Shown here piece after piece: positions 55,367 through 64,000 of a stretch of 64,000 bases of DNA. The position numbers and the translations under genes were made by a program. A model generated the notes under the pieces. That model did not search any database. It worked only from the letters and a program-made list of their open reading frames with translations, and was not told the origin of the DNA. Source of the DNA: an uncultured Actinomycetes bacterium (GTDB taxonomy: Bacteria > Actinomycetota > UBA4738 > HRBIN12); contig CAYUSA010000003.1 in the NCBI GenBank assembly GCA_964447335.1, positions 14,214-78,213 on the forward strand, in the 5' to 3' direction. Each line of letters opens with the position of its first letter. Positions within the stretch are counted from its first letter, which is position 1.

Positions 55367-55693
55367 ATGACGATGATCGGCGACGTGACGGATCAGGACT
55401 TCGAATCGCGCGTGCTCGGGTCGCAGACGCCCGTGCTCGTGGACTTCTGGGCGGAGTGGTGCGTTCCCTGCCACATGGTGTCTCCGGTGGTCGAGGAGAT
55501 CGGCAAGGAGAAGGCCGAGGCCCTGCAGGTCGCGAAGCTGAACATCGACGACAACCCCGATGTCACGCGCAAGTACGGGGTCATGAGCATCCCGACCCTC
55601 ATGCTCTTCGTGGGCGGGCAGGAGAAGGCTCGGCTCGTCGGGGCTCGGGGCAAGGACGCCCTCCTCCGCGAGATCGACCCGCACCTGCCCTAG
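55367..55693 (+). CDS. trxA: Thioredoxin with an atypical WCVPC active site
   Basis: RBS ggaagga before the ATG. Trx fold VLVDFWAEWCVPCHMVSPVVEEI...GVMSIPTLMLF. The central Gly of the canonical WCGPC is replaced by Val (codon gtt). Confidence 0.9.
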   Translation: MTMIGDVTDQDFESRVLGSQTPVLVDFWAEWCVPCHMVSPVVEEIGKEKAEALQVAKLNIDDNPDVTRKYGVMSIPTLMLFVGGQEKARLVGARGKDALLREIDPHLP

Positions 55694-55760
55694 CCCGCTC
55701 CTCGCGGCGCCGGGACCACCCGGGTTGCCGCCGACGGCCACCCGCTGCCAACCTCGGTGG

Positions 55761-56831
55761 GTGCAGACCATCCGCATGGGCGACCAGGGCGACGCCGTTC
55801 GCGACGTGCAGCACCGCCTGACCGAGCTCGGCCACCGCATCGACGGCGCCGAGTTCGAGGGCGTCTTCGGGCCCTCCACGCAAGAGGCCGTCCGCGCCTT
55901 CCAGCTCGCGCGGCGCCTGCCGGCGGACGGCATGATCGGGCCGGACACGTGGGGCCAGCTCGTCGAGGCCGGCTACCGGCTCGGGGACCGGACCCTGTAC
56001 CTGCGCTCCCCGGCGTTCCGCGGTGACGACGTCCGCGAGCTCCAACGCATGTTGAATGCTCTCGGCTTCGACGCGGGCAAGGAAGACGGGATCCACGGCG
56101 GCGCCACCGCCGAGGCCGTCATGGAGTTCCAGCGCAACGTCGCCGACCGGGTCGACGGCATCGTGGGGCTCGACACGGTCCGCACGCTCGAGCGCATGCG
56201 TCCGTCACTCGGCGGTCCGAGCCTCGCCATGGTCCGCGAGGAGGAGGCTGTCCGCTCGATGGTCGCCTCGCTCGCCGGATCCACCGTCGCCGTCGACGCC
56301 GGGCACGGGCCGCGCGAGCCCGGCGAGCTCGGCGGCTCGGGAACACGCGAGGCCGACGTCGCCCTCGCGCTCGCGGCCGAGCTCACGGGCGCCCTCACGC
56401 GCCGGGGGGCGATCCCCATGCTCCTGCGCCCACCGGGCGAGGAGCCGACACCATCCGAGCGCGCCCAGGCGGCCAACGCCCTCGGCGCGGCCCTGTGCAT
56501 CTCGATCCATCTCGCGGCGGGGGACCCCGCCGAGCGAGGCGCCACGTGCGCCTACTGGGGCACCGCCACGACGCACTCCCCCGCCGGCCGTCGCCTCGCC
56601 GAGCTCATCCAGGCCGAGCTCGCGGGCGCGGGCCTCGCCGACCGCGGGATCCACCCGCTCACGATCTCGCTCCTGCGCGAGACGCGGATGCCGGCGGTCC
56701 AGGTCGAGCCCGCGCACCTCTCGAACCCGGAGGAGGAACGCCTGCTCGCGGAGCCCGCCTTCCGCCGCCGCGTGGCCGAGGCGATCGCCGAGGGCGTGGC
56801 CCGGTTCCTCGGCGGCGCTCCGGACGCGTAG
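55761..56831 (+). CDS. cwlM: CwlM-type N-acetylmuramoyl-L-alanine amidase (two PG-binding domains plus an Amidase_3 domain)
   Basis: Two PG_binding_1 repeats (DQGDAVRDVQHRLTELGH and DDVRELQRMLNALGFDAG), then the amidase_3 region VAVDAGHGP...ISIHLAAG. Conserved position next to trxA. The start is GTG 55761 or ATG 55776. Confidence 0.85.
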   Translation: MQTIRMGDQGDAVRDVQHRLTELGHRIDGAEFEGVFGPSTQEAVRAFQLARRLPADGMIGPDTWGQLVEAGYRLGDRTLYLRSPAFRGDDVRELQRMLNALGFDAGKEDGIHGGATAEAVMEFQRNVADRVDGIVGLDTVRTLERMRPSLGGPSLAMVREEEAVRSMVASLAGSTVAVDAGHGPREPGELGGSGTREADVALALAAELTGALTRRGAIPMLLRPPGEEPTPSERAQAANALGAALCISIHLAAGDPAERGATCAYWGTATTHSPAGRRLAELIQAELAGAGLADRGIHPLTISLLRETRMPAVQVEPAHLSNPEEERLLAEPAFRRRVAEAIAEGVARFLGGAPDA

Positions 56832-57012
56832 CGCGGGCGTCGATCCGGCCCGGCCTCGCGGCGGCGGCCTCAGGCCTGCCGGCGGGAAAGGAGCGCGATC
56901 ACGGTCCCGAGCAGCGCGCCGAGCGCGAGCGCCTTCGCGACACGCTCGAGCTCAGCGGGGGACGGTCGCTCCATGCCACGATGCTAGCCGACCTGGCGAA
57001 GAGGAGATCTCG

Positions 57013-57972
57013 ATGCGCTTCTGCCTGATGCTCGAGGGACAGGAGGGGTTGACCTGGGCACAGTGGCTCGCGGTCGCCGAGACCGCGGAGCGACTCGGCT
57101 TCGAAGCCCTGTTCACCTCGGACCACTACTACTCGGTGCAGGGCGCCCCCGGGCGCGGCTCGAACGACGCTTGGACCATCCTCGCGGGCCTCGCGGCCCG
57201 CACCGAGCGCATCCGGCTCGGCACGATGGTCTCACCGGTCACCTTCCGCCATCCGACGGTGCTCGCGAAGGTGGCCACGACCGTCGACCACATCTCCGGC
57301 GGGCGCGTCGAGATCGGCATGGGCGCGGGCTGGTGGGAGGAGGAGCACCGCACCCACGGCTTCCCGTTCCCACCGACGGAGGAGCGGTTCGAGATCTTCG
57401 AGGAGCAGGTCGAGATCGTGCACGGCCTCCTCACGCAGGAGCGCTTCTCCTTCGAGAGCCCGCACTACGCGATCGAGGAGTGCGAGTTCCTCCACAGGTC
57501 CGTCCAGCGCCCGCATCCGCCGATCGTCCTCGGCGGCCGCACGGCCGGACCTCGGATGCAGCGACTCGTCGCGCGCTTCGCGGACGAGTTCAACACCGTC
57601 GGCGGCACACCCGAGCAGGTCCGAGAGCGCTTCGGCCGGATCCGTGACGGGCTCGACGCCGCCGGTCGTGATCAGGCGAGCGTGACCACCTCGCTCATGA
57701 CATGGGTGCTCGTCGGGCAGGACGAGGCGGCCTGGCACGCGCGCGTCGAGCGCGCCCGCCGCAACGACCCGAGCGCCGGCACGTTCGAGGCCTATCTCGA
57801 AGATGTCTCGCGCGACTGCATCGTCGGCACGCCGGACCGGGCCGCCGAGCGCCTCGCCGAGTACGCGGCCGCCGGCGTGCAGCGCATCGTCCTGAACCAC
57901 GAGCTCGTCGACGACCCGGCGATGCTCGAGCTCCTTGCAGCGCAGGTCTTACCGCAGGTTGCGGCCGGCTAG
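57013..57972 (+). CDS. LLM-class F420-dependent oxidoreductase (luciferase-like)
   Basis: RBS gaggag. MRFCLMLEGQEGLTWAQWLAVAETAERLGFEALFTSDHY, then ...RVEIGMGAGWWEEEH. Confidence 0.75.
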   Translation: MRFCLMLEGQEGLTWAQWLAVAETAERLGFEALFTSDHYYSVQGAPGRGSNDAWTILAGLAARTERIRLGTMVSPVTFRHPTVLAKVATTVDHISGGRVEIGMGAGWWEEEHRTHGFPFPPTEERFEIFEEQVEIVHGLLTQERFSFESPHYAIEECEFLHRSVQRPHPPIVLGGRTAGPRMQRLVARFADEFNTVGGTPEQVRERFGRIRDGLDAAGRDQASVTTSLMTWVLVGQDEAAWHARVERARRNDPSAGTFEAYLEDVSRDCIVGTPDRAAERLAEYAAAGVQRIVLNHELVDDPAMLELLAAQVLPQVAAG

Positions 57973-58880
57973 CTCCCGGCGCCGGGGTCTCGAGCCGCCG
58001 CCTCGACGCCGTCCTCGAGGAAGCCGGGGATCTGCAGCGCGAAGCCGACGCCTCCCGAACGCCCCCGCTGCTCCTCGAAGCGGCCGCGGACCTCGTCGCC
58101 GAGAGCCGCGCCCTCGAGCCCGCACTCGAGCCCGAGCGCGGTCGCCTCGAGGAGCCACCGGCCGAAGCGCTCCACGGGGTCGTCGTCACCGATGACGCCG
58201 ACGGGGCCGTGCCCGGGAAGGTAGGCACGGGCCCGACAGGTCCGGAGCTCGGCGACCGCGGCAACCGCGCCGGCCACCGAGCCGCTGCCGAAGTACGGTT
58301 CGCAGTCGACGAACCACAGGTCGCCACAGAGCACGACGTCGTCCGGCTCCACGTGGGCCCACAGGTCCCCCCTCGTGTGCGCGGGTGACGCGAGCGGGAA
58401 CAGCCGGACGCGCACGCCGCCGAGGTCGATCGCGGTCTCCCGCTCGACGTCCTCGTCCGGCAGCACGAACCGGAGGGCGCGGATCTCGTCCGGCGCGTCG
58501 GGGTCGTAGACGTCGTCCTCGTAGGAGCCGGCGAGTTCCTGGCGATCCATCGCGGCATAGCGCTCGAGACGCGTTCGCACGTAGGCGCGCCCGAGGACGC
58601 GGGCCGGCGGTGCGAAGTGCATCGCGCCGAACGTGTGGTCGTCGTGGTGATGCGAGAGCACCAGGTGCGTGATCGGCGGCCCGTCCTCAGCCGTGAGCTC
58701 TCGGAGCCGTCGCGCGAACCGAAGGATGTTCGCGTCGAACACGAGCGTGGCGTCGCGGCCGCGCACGATCGCCGAGTTCGCGATGGGGAACGCGTCGCCG
58801 TGGTAGGCCGTCACGTGCGGCCCGAGCCGCACGACCCCCCCGCGCGGATACTGGCCGAACGGCCAGGTCCGGTCCGTCAT
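57969..58880 (-). CDS. MBL-fold metallo-hydrolase
   Basis: HxHxDH motif LVLSHHHDDHTFG, plus a downstream His and Asp. Confidence 0.8.
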   Translation of the reverse strand: MTDRTWPFGQYPRGGVVRLGPHVTAYHGDAFPIANSAIVRGRDATLVFDANILRFARRLRELTAEDGPPITHLVLSHHHDDHTFGAMHFAPPARVLGRAYVRTRLERYAAMDRQELAGSYEDDVYDPDAPDEIRALRFVLPDEDVERETAIDLGGVRVRLFPLASPAHTRGDLWAHVEPDDVVLCGDLWFVDCEPYFGSGSVAGAVAAVAELRTCRARAYLPGHGPVGVIGDDDPVERFGRWLLEATALGLECGLEGAALGDEVRGRFEEQRGRSGGVGFALQIPGFLEDGVEAAARDPGAGS

Positions 58881-58986
58881 GGGCGGCACCCTATCGTGTC
58901 GACCCCGTGCGTTGCGATCGGCGGCAACGGGAAGATGGGATGCGCTCTCCCCTTCTGACCTGCGACGTTGCTACCATTGGCCACCC

Positions 58987-60213
58987 ATGGCCGAGCTCAA
59001 CGTCGATCCCTACGTCGACCTGTACGCGCGTCGCACCGCCGGCATGTCCGCCTCGGAGGTCCGTGCGTTGTTCGCGGTCGCCTCGCGCCCCGAGGTCGTC
59101 TCGCTCGCGGGCGGCATGCCCTACGTCCAAGCGCTGCCCGCCGAGCAGGTCCTCGAGGTCGTGGAAGCGGTGCTGATGCAGGAGCCCGACGTCGCGCTCC
59201 AGTACGGCGGCGGGCAGGGCTCGCCGCACCTGCGCGAGCGTCTCGCGATGCTGATGGCCGAGGAGGCCACGATCGCCGATCCCGAGGACATGGTGGTCAC
59301 GACGGGTGCGCAGCAGGCGCTCGACCTCGTGGGCAAGGTGCTCATCGATCCAGGCGACCTCATCGCGATCGAGGCGCCCGCCTACGTCGGCGCGCTCTCC
59401 GCGTTCAGCGCCTACGAGCCTCGGTACCTGCAGGTCGACCTCGACGACGAGGGCATGGTCGTCGAGCGGCTCGAGGAGGCTCTCGTGAAGGGCGCCCGCC
59501 CGAAGTTCGTCTACACGGTCCCGAACTTCTCCAACCCGGCAGGTGTGACGATGTCACACACACGCCGCGAGCACCTCGTCGCCCTCTGCCGTGAGGCCCA
59601 CATCCCGATCGTCGAGGACAACCCCTACGGCCTGCTACGCTTCGAGGGCGAGCCCGAGCCCACGCTCCGCTCGATGGATCCCCAGAACGTCATCTACCTC
59701 GGGACCGTCTCGAAGGTGTTCGCCCCCGGGGTGCGGGTCGGGTGGGCTCTGGCCGAACCCGGTGTACTGCAACGGTTGATCCTCGCGAAGGAGGCGGCCG
59801 ACCTGTGCGGCAGCAACCTCAATATGCTGATCACCGAGCGGTATCTCTCCGGTGAGACGTGGCGGACGAACCTCACACGACTGGTGGACACCTACCGGAG
59901 GCGGCGAGACGTGATGCTCGCCGCGCTCGCCGAGCGCTTCCCCGCCGACGCCACGTGGACGACCCCGGCCGGGGGGTTCTACGTCTGGGTCACCCTTCCG
60001 CCGTACCTCGACGCGCGCGCGCTCCTCGCCGCCGCCGTCGAGCGTCGAGTCGCCTACGTGCCCGGTACCGCGTTCTATCCTGACGGCCGAGGCACCGACC
60101 AGATGCGGCTCGCGTTCTGCTACCCGACCGAGGACCGGATCCAGGAGGGGGTGAAGCGGCTCGGCGAGCTCCTCGCGGACGAGGAGGAGCTGTACCGGTC
60201 GCTGTCCGGATGA
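58987..60213 (+). CDS. PLP-dependent aminotransferase (class I/II, MocR/2-aminoadipate-transaminase-like, no HTH)
   Basis: Motifs LAGGMP, YTVPNFSNPAGVTMS and Lys region GTVSKVFAPGVRVGW. Confidence 0.8.
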   Translation: MAELNVDPYVDLYARRTAGMSASEVRALFAVASRPEVVSLAGGMPYVQALPAEQVLEVVEAVLMQEPDVALQYGGGQGSPHLRERLAMLMAEEATIADPEDMVVTTGAQQALDLVGKVLIDPGDLIAIEAPAYVGALSAFSAYEPRYLQVDLDDEGMVVERLEEALVKGARPKFVYTVPNFSNPAGVTMSHTRREHLVALCREAHIPIVEDNPYGLLRFEGEPEPTLRSMDPQNVIYLGTVSKVFAPGVRVGWALAEPGVLQRLILAKEAADLCGSNLNMLITERYLSGETWRTNLTRLVDTYRRRRDVMLAALAERFPADATWTTPAGGFYVWVTLPPYLDARALLAAAVERRVAYVPGTAFYPDGRGTDQMRLAFCYPTEDRIQEGVKRLGELLADEEELYRSLSG

Positions 60214-61169
60214 GTGGAGAGCGTGTCGCGGTCCTGGCCGGCGGGCGCTCGCCCGAGCGCGAGGTGTCCCTGCGCTCCGGCCATCGGGTGATGACCGCGC
60301 TCCGCTCACACGGCTACGACGCGTTCGTCGTCGATCCCGCCGAGGTGCAACTGGTCCAAACCCTCTTGGCTGCAACGGTGTCGGCGTGCTACGTCGCACT
60401 CCACGGCAAGGAGGGCGAGGACGGTACCGTCCAGCGGCTCCTCGAGCTCCTGCGGATCCCGTACACGGGTACGGCGCCCCTGGCCTGCGAGACCACGTTC
60501 GACAAGGTCCTCGCGAAGGAGATCCTCGACGCGGCCGGCGTGCCGACACCGCCCTGGGCGGCCATCGAGGCGACCGCGCTGCGAGACCTCGGCGCAGGCG
60601 CGATCCTGCACCGACTGGCCGAGCGCGTCGAGCTCCCCGCCGTCGTGAAACCCTCGCGCGCCGGCTCGGCCATGGGCCTCAGCTTCGTCGAACGCGAGGC
60701 CGACCTGCCCCAGGCCGTGATGAACGCGCTGTCCTTCGCGGATGCCGCGGTCGTCGAGCGCAAGATCGACGGCGTGGAGGTCGCCGCCTCCATGGTCGGC
60801 GCGCCCGACGAGCCACTCCCGCTCGTCGAGGTCACGCCGAAGTCCGGGATCTACGACTACGCCGCTCGTTACACGGCCGGCGCCACCGAGTACCACGCCC
60901 CGGCGCGCCTCGAGCCTGAGATCGCCGCCACCTGCCAAAGCGTTGCAACACAAGCGTTTCGGACGCTCGGCCAGCGCGACGTCAGCCGCGCCGACATCCT
61001 CGTCGACCGCGAGGGCCGGCCGTGGGTCGTGGACGTCAACGTCTCGCCGGGCATGACCGACACGAGCCTCTTGCCGATGGCCGCGCAGGCGGCCGGCCTG
61101 GGCCTCGCGGACCTGTGCGAGCGGATCCTGCAGCTCGCACTCGCGCGTGGCGCCGGCACTCCCGACTAG
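60210..61169 (+). CDS. ddl: D-alanine-D-alanine ligase
   Basis: Motifs VAVLAGGRSPEREVSLRSG, ALHGKEGEDGTVQ, and ATP-grasp EYHAPARLEP...VNVSPGMT. Confidence 0.95.
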   Translation: MSGERVAVLAGGRSPEREVSLRSGHRVMTALRSHGYDAFVVDPAEVQLVQTLLAATVSACYVALHGKEGEDGTVQRLLELLRIPYTGTAPLACETTFDKVLAKEILDAAGVPTPPWAAIEATALRDLGAGAILHRLAERVELPAVVKPSRAGSAMGLSFVEREADLPQAVMNALSFADAAVVERKIDGVEVAASMVGAPDEPLPLVEVTPKSGIYDYAARYTAGATEYHAPARLEPEIAATCQSVATQAFRTLGQRDVSRADILVDREGRPWVVDVNVSPGMTDTSLLPMAAQAAGLGLADLCERILQLALARGAGTPD

Positions 61170-62053
61170 GGGGGCGCGAGCCCCGGTCCGGAGCCCACGA
61201 TCTCCGAGACGATCCGCTCGAGGTCGTCCGCCGATCCGAACTCGATCACGACGCGGCCCCGCTTCTTGCCCATCTGGATCGAGACCCGGGTCGCGAGCTG
61301 CTCCGACAAGATCTCCTCGACCTCGGCGAGCGAGGCGACGTGCCCCTCGGCGGCCGCCTTCGGCGCCCGCTCCGCGGGCTTGCCCACCGGATGCTCGAGG
61401 TAGTTGCGCACGAGCTCCTCGACCTCGCGGACCGAGAGGTCCTCGGCTGCCGAACGCAGCGCAAGGGTCTTCTGTGCCTCGCCGTCAGCGAGGGAAAGGA
61501 GCGCACGGCCGTGGCCGGCCTGGATCTTGCCCTCGGCGAGCAGGGTCTGGACCTCGGCCGGCAGGGCGAGGAGCCGGATCGTATTCGCGACGTGCGAGCG
61601 CGAGACGCCGAGGCGCTCGGCCAGGGTCTCCTGCTTCAGCCCGAGCTCCTCGAGCAGCTCCCGGAACGCCTCCGCGAGCTCGATCGGGTTGAGGTTCTCC
61701 CGGTGGATGTTCTCGATCAGCGCTTCTCGGAGCGAATCCGCGTCGTCGCTCTCTCGCAGGATGACCGGGACGGTGGCGAGCCCGGCGAGCTTCGCCGCCC
61801 GAAGCCGGCGCTCCCCCGCGATGACCTCGAACGCCGAGCCCACGCGCCGAACGACGATCGGCTGCAGGATCCCGACCTCCTGGATCGACAGCGCCAGCGC
61901 CTGCAGCGCCTCGTCGTCGAACATCGAGCGCGGCTGGCGCCGGTTCGGCCCGATGGCGCCGACCGGCACCTCGAGTAGCCCAGCAGCCATCTCCTCCGGC
62001 GCGCCCGGGATGAGCGCCGACAGCCCCCGACCGAGTCCCCCACGCTTCGTCAT
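61166..62053 (-). CDS. parB: Chromosome partitioning protein ParB
   Basis: Motifs GLGRGLSAL, ParB box QPIVVRR...VIAGERRLRAA and HTH LAERLGVSRSHVANTIRLL. Confidence 0.95.
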   Translation of the reverse strand: MTKRGGLGRGLSALIPGAPEEMAAGLLEVPVGAIGPNRRQPRSMFDDEALQALALSIQEVGILQPIVVRRVGSAFEVIAGERRLRAAKLAGLATVPVILRESDDADSLREALIENIHRENLNPIELAEAFRELLEELGLKQETLAERLGVSRSHVANTIRLLALPAEVQTLLAEGKIQAGHGRALLSLADGEAQKTLALRSAAEDLSVREVEELVRNYLEHPVGKPAERAPKAAAEGHVASLAEVEEILSEQLATRVSIQMGKKRGRVVIEFGSADDLERIVSEIVGSGPGLAPP

Positions 62054-63723
62054 CGATTCCCTCCTCTGCGGAACAGGCTCCAGCGTCGCTTGCCGGCTCC
62101 GTCCTCGTCTTCCTGAGGTGCATCTCCACCTGCGGGTTCGTGGTCCCCAGCCGCGTCGCGGTCGGTGATCCGGACCACGTTCTCGGGTTCGACCACCGGG
62201 CCGGGTTCAGGTTCAGGCTCGAGCACGATCTCGCGCATCGGCAGGGACTCGACCGGTGGAGCGACAACCTCGGCCTCGGCTCGCGCTTCAGCCTCGAGCG
62301 CCTGGATCCACTCCTCCGCGCCGTCCGCGTCCGGCGCCGAGGCCGGACCCTCCGAGCCAGGTGGAGGCTGGGTCTCGAGGGTCGCAGCCGCCTCCGGGGG
62401 CTCGTCGGCCTCCACCGGAGGCTGCTCGGCGCTCCACGCCTCCTCGACGTCGACGGTAGGGACCGGGGCCGTCGCCGCCGCGAGCTCGGGCGGGGCCGTC
62501 GCCGCAGCCTCGACCTCGGGCTCCGGTGCGGGCTCGAGCCACTCCGCGATCTCGAGGACCTCAGCCTCGGCCAGCGTCGCAGCCTCGACCTCGGGCTCGG
62601 GTGCGAACTCTGGCGCCTCGGCTGGCTCGGGCTCGACTTCCAGGTGCTCGGTATCCAGATCACCCGGATGGCGGAGGGGGCGGGGCGCGGTCATCGGCTC
62701 GGCCTCGGCGGGTGGCAAAGGACTCATCGTCGGAAGGCCGTCGAACACCGGGAGCGGCTCGTCCACAGGGAGCTTGGCGGCGACCTCCTTCGCCAGCTCG
62801 CGGTAGCACTCGGCGCCTCGGGACTTCGGGTCGTACACGGTGATGGGCTGGCCGTAGCCGGGCGCCTCGGACAGCCGGACGGTCCGCGGGATGACCGTCC
62901 TGTAGACCCGGTCGCCGAAGTACCGGCGAACCTCCTGCACGACCTGCTCCGAGAGCCTGGTCCGGGGGTCGTACATCGTCATCACGATGCCGGTGAGTCG
63001 CAGGTCCGGGTTCACGTTCTGCTGCACAAGGCCAACGTTCCGCAGCAGCTGGCCGAGGCCTTCGAGCGCGTAGTACTCGCACTGGATCGGCACGATGAGC
63101 TCCTGAGCGGCCGCGAGCGCGTTCACCGTCAGCAGGCCGAGCGACGGGGGGCAGTCCAAGAAGACGAAGTCGAAGCTCCCCTGCTTGAGCGGCTCGAGGG
63201 CCTTGCGCAGGCGGAGCTCGCGCGAGAACTGGCTGACGAGCTCGATCTCCGCCCCGGCGAGGTCGATCGTCGAGGGGATCGCGTAGAGACCGGGGACCGG
63301 GCTCTCGACGATGGCTCCGTCGATCGGCGCCTCGGCGGCAAGCACGTCGTACACCGTGACGTCCCTCGCCTCGTGGCGGATCCCGAGGCCGGTGGAGGCG
63401 TTCCCCTGCGGGTCGAGGTCCACGACGAGCACGCGGTATCCCAGCTCCGCCAGGGACGCCCCGAGGCTCACCGCCGTCGTGCTCTTGCCGACCCCGCCCT
63501 TCTGGTTCGCGACGGCGATGACGCGAACCCCGGCCGAAGCGCGGGCCTTGACCGTCGATGCCCTCGAGCGTGCCCTCGGCCGCGGCTTCTTCGCGGCGGT
63601 CGTCTTGGCAGCGCGATCCGTGGCCTTGGAGGAGCGGGTCGTGCCCGCCTCGGCGTTGGCGGGCGTGCGTGAGGTGGCCTTCGACGAGCCGGGGGTCGCC
63701 CGCGGGGAGGTGCGCCTGGTCAC
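62050..63723 (-). CDS. parA: Chromosome partitioning ATPase ParA/Soj with a 65-aa basic N-terminal extension and an acidic PEA-repeat C-terminal extension of about 230 aa
   Basis: Deviant Walker A KGGVGKSTT, and motifs LVVDLDPQGNAS and FDFVFLDCPPSLG. After the core (about aa 325) comes a low-complexity tail PEPAEAPEFAPEPEVEAATLAEAEVLEIAEWLEPAPEPEVEAAATAPPE.... The stop overlaps the parB ATG. Confidence 0.9.
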   Translation of the reverse strand: MTRRTSPRATPGSSKATSRTPANAEAGTTRSSKATDRAAKTTAAKKPRPRARSRASTVKARASAGVRVIAVANQKGGVGKSTTAVSLGASLAELGYRVLVVDLDPQGNASTGLGIRHEARDVTVYDVLAAEAPIDGAIVESPVPGLYAIPSTIDLAGAEIELVSQFSRELRLRKALEPLKQGSFDFVFLDCPPSLGLLTVNALAAAQELIVPIQCEYYALEGLGQLLRNVGLVQQNVNPDLRLTGIVMTMYDPRTRLSEQVVQEVRRYFGDRVYRTVIPRTVRLSEAPGYGQPITVYDPKSRGAECYRELAKEVAAKLPVDEPLPVFDGLPTMSPLPPAEAEPMTAPRPLRHPGDLDTEHLEVEPEPAEAPEFAPEPEVEAATLAEAEVLEIAEWLEPAPEPEVEAAATAPPELAAATAPVPTVDVEEAWSAEQPPVEADEPPEAAATLETQPPPGSEGPASAPDADGAEEWIQALEAEARAEAEVVAPPVESLPMREIVLEPEPEPGPVVEPENVVRITDRDAAGDHEPAGGDAPQEDEDGAGKRRWSLFRRGGNR

Positions 63724-64000
63724 TACCGCGCCATGATAACGAGCGGCCCGGCGCTTTCAAGCACAGGCGTCGTCCGGACCTCCGCACGGGCCCACGGAGC
63801 TTCCGAGGGCGCCCGATCCGTCCGGCCCGCGAAGTACACGAGCCGTCCCCGATCCACTAGCAACGGCTCCGCCAGCCGCCAAGCCTGCGGGAGTGGCGCG
63901 AGCGCGCGTGCGAAGCAGATATCGACGGGCGCGGTGAGCTCCTGGATCCGGACCGCCTGGACCTCGGCGTTGCCGATGCCGAGTCGCTCGAGCACGAGCT
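63723..64000 (-). CDS. rsmG: 16S rRNA m7G527 methyltransferase RsmG (GidB), C-terminal part only. The gene continues beyond the window end.
   Basis: ...LERLGIGNAEVQAVRIQEL...GRLVYFAG... C-terminal region. The stop TAG overlaps the parA GTG by 1 nt. Confidence 0.8.
   Translation of the reverse strand, partial: LVLERLGIGNAEVQAVRIQELTAPVDICFARALAPLPQAWRLAEPLLVDRGRLVYFAGRTDRAPSEAPWARAEVRTTPVLESAGPLVIMAR

Noticed and set aside
56056-57012. N-terminal 319-aa extension of the 638-aa ORF
   Set aside because: Pro/Arg/Ala-rich sequence that overlaps cwlM. The true LLM gene starts at ATG 57013 behind a GAGGAG RBS.
1-64000. tRNA or rRNA genes, transposases, integrases, phage genes
   Set aside because: No T-loop-like GGTTCGAATCC-type motifs were found in any non-coding gap. 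No 16S or 23S signature stretches were seen. No DDE or tyrosine-recombinase-like ORFs were seen.

Overview
This is a roughly 70% GC, gene-dense actinobacterial chromosomal segment; coding density and GC3 bias are typical of Actinobacteria, and the gene content suggests a Rubrobacter/Thermoleophilia-like or other deep actinobacterium. I call about 70 protein-coding genes. I found no rRNA or tRNA genes, no CRISPR array and no transposase or integrase. All product calls rest on motif and family recognition by eye, because I could not run any searches.

The right-hand 25 kb (about 39.5 to 64 kb) is the conserved origin-proximal neighbourhood seen in other actinobacteria:
- an Rv3909-like secreted protein, murJ (mviN), an MviN-type pseudokinase, a SigM-like ECF sigma factor and its ZAS anti-sigma factor;
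- then trxB, trxA and cwlM;
- then ddl, parB, parA and a truncated rsmG at the window edge;
- a complete menaquinone cluster (menG, menF, menD, menA, menB, menE) plus a MerR regulator sits inside this conserved block.

The left-hand 39 kb is more accessory. It holds:
- a divergent TetR/MFS pair, a VapBC toxin-antitoxin, a frameshift-decayed YcaQ/AlkZ-like glycosylase pseudogene, a Gly/Thr/Asp tandem-repeat protein next to a standalone Ser/Thr kinase, and a cupredoxin + PQQ-type sugar dehydrogenase operon;
- a GH4 hydrolase and an aldo-keto reductase, and the conserved PadR-ino1 (inositol-3-phosphate synthase) operon with an APH-like kinase;
- a MarR-MFS operon facing a lipoprotein / M15 peptidase / ABC transporter cluster, a TusA + DsrE-like sulfur-relay pair, a Sec-secreted RTX calcium-binding protein, and the NiSOD system (sodN with its maturation protease sodX, whose starts overlap head-to-head);
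- a TSP3-repeat acidic protein, a MerR-HTH/TOBE regulator coupled to a MOT1-family (putative molybdate) transporter, lepB, a P-type ATPase, cca, an orphan pilT, dedA, a NUDIX hydrolase and a TauE exporter.

Features not explained by protein genes:
- a strong sigma-A-like promoter (TTGACC-18-TAAAGT) leading into an approximately 135 nt region with two perfect 10 bp stem hairpins carrying C-rich loops, which I read as a candidate 6C-like small RNA;
- AT-rich palindromic or periodic operator-like sites upstream of padR, marR and the tusA/RTX divergent region;
- three apparent single-base homopolymer frameshifts in otherwise intact genes (either sequencing errors or pseudogenisation);
- ParA carrying a roughly 230 aa acidic Pro/Glu/Ala repeat tail.
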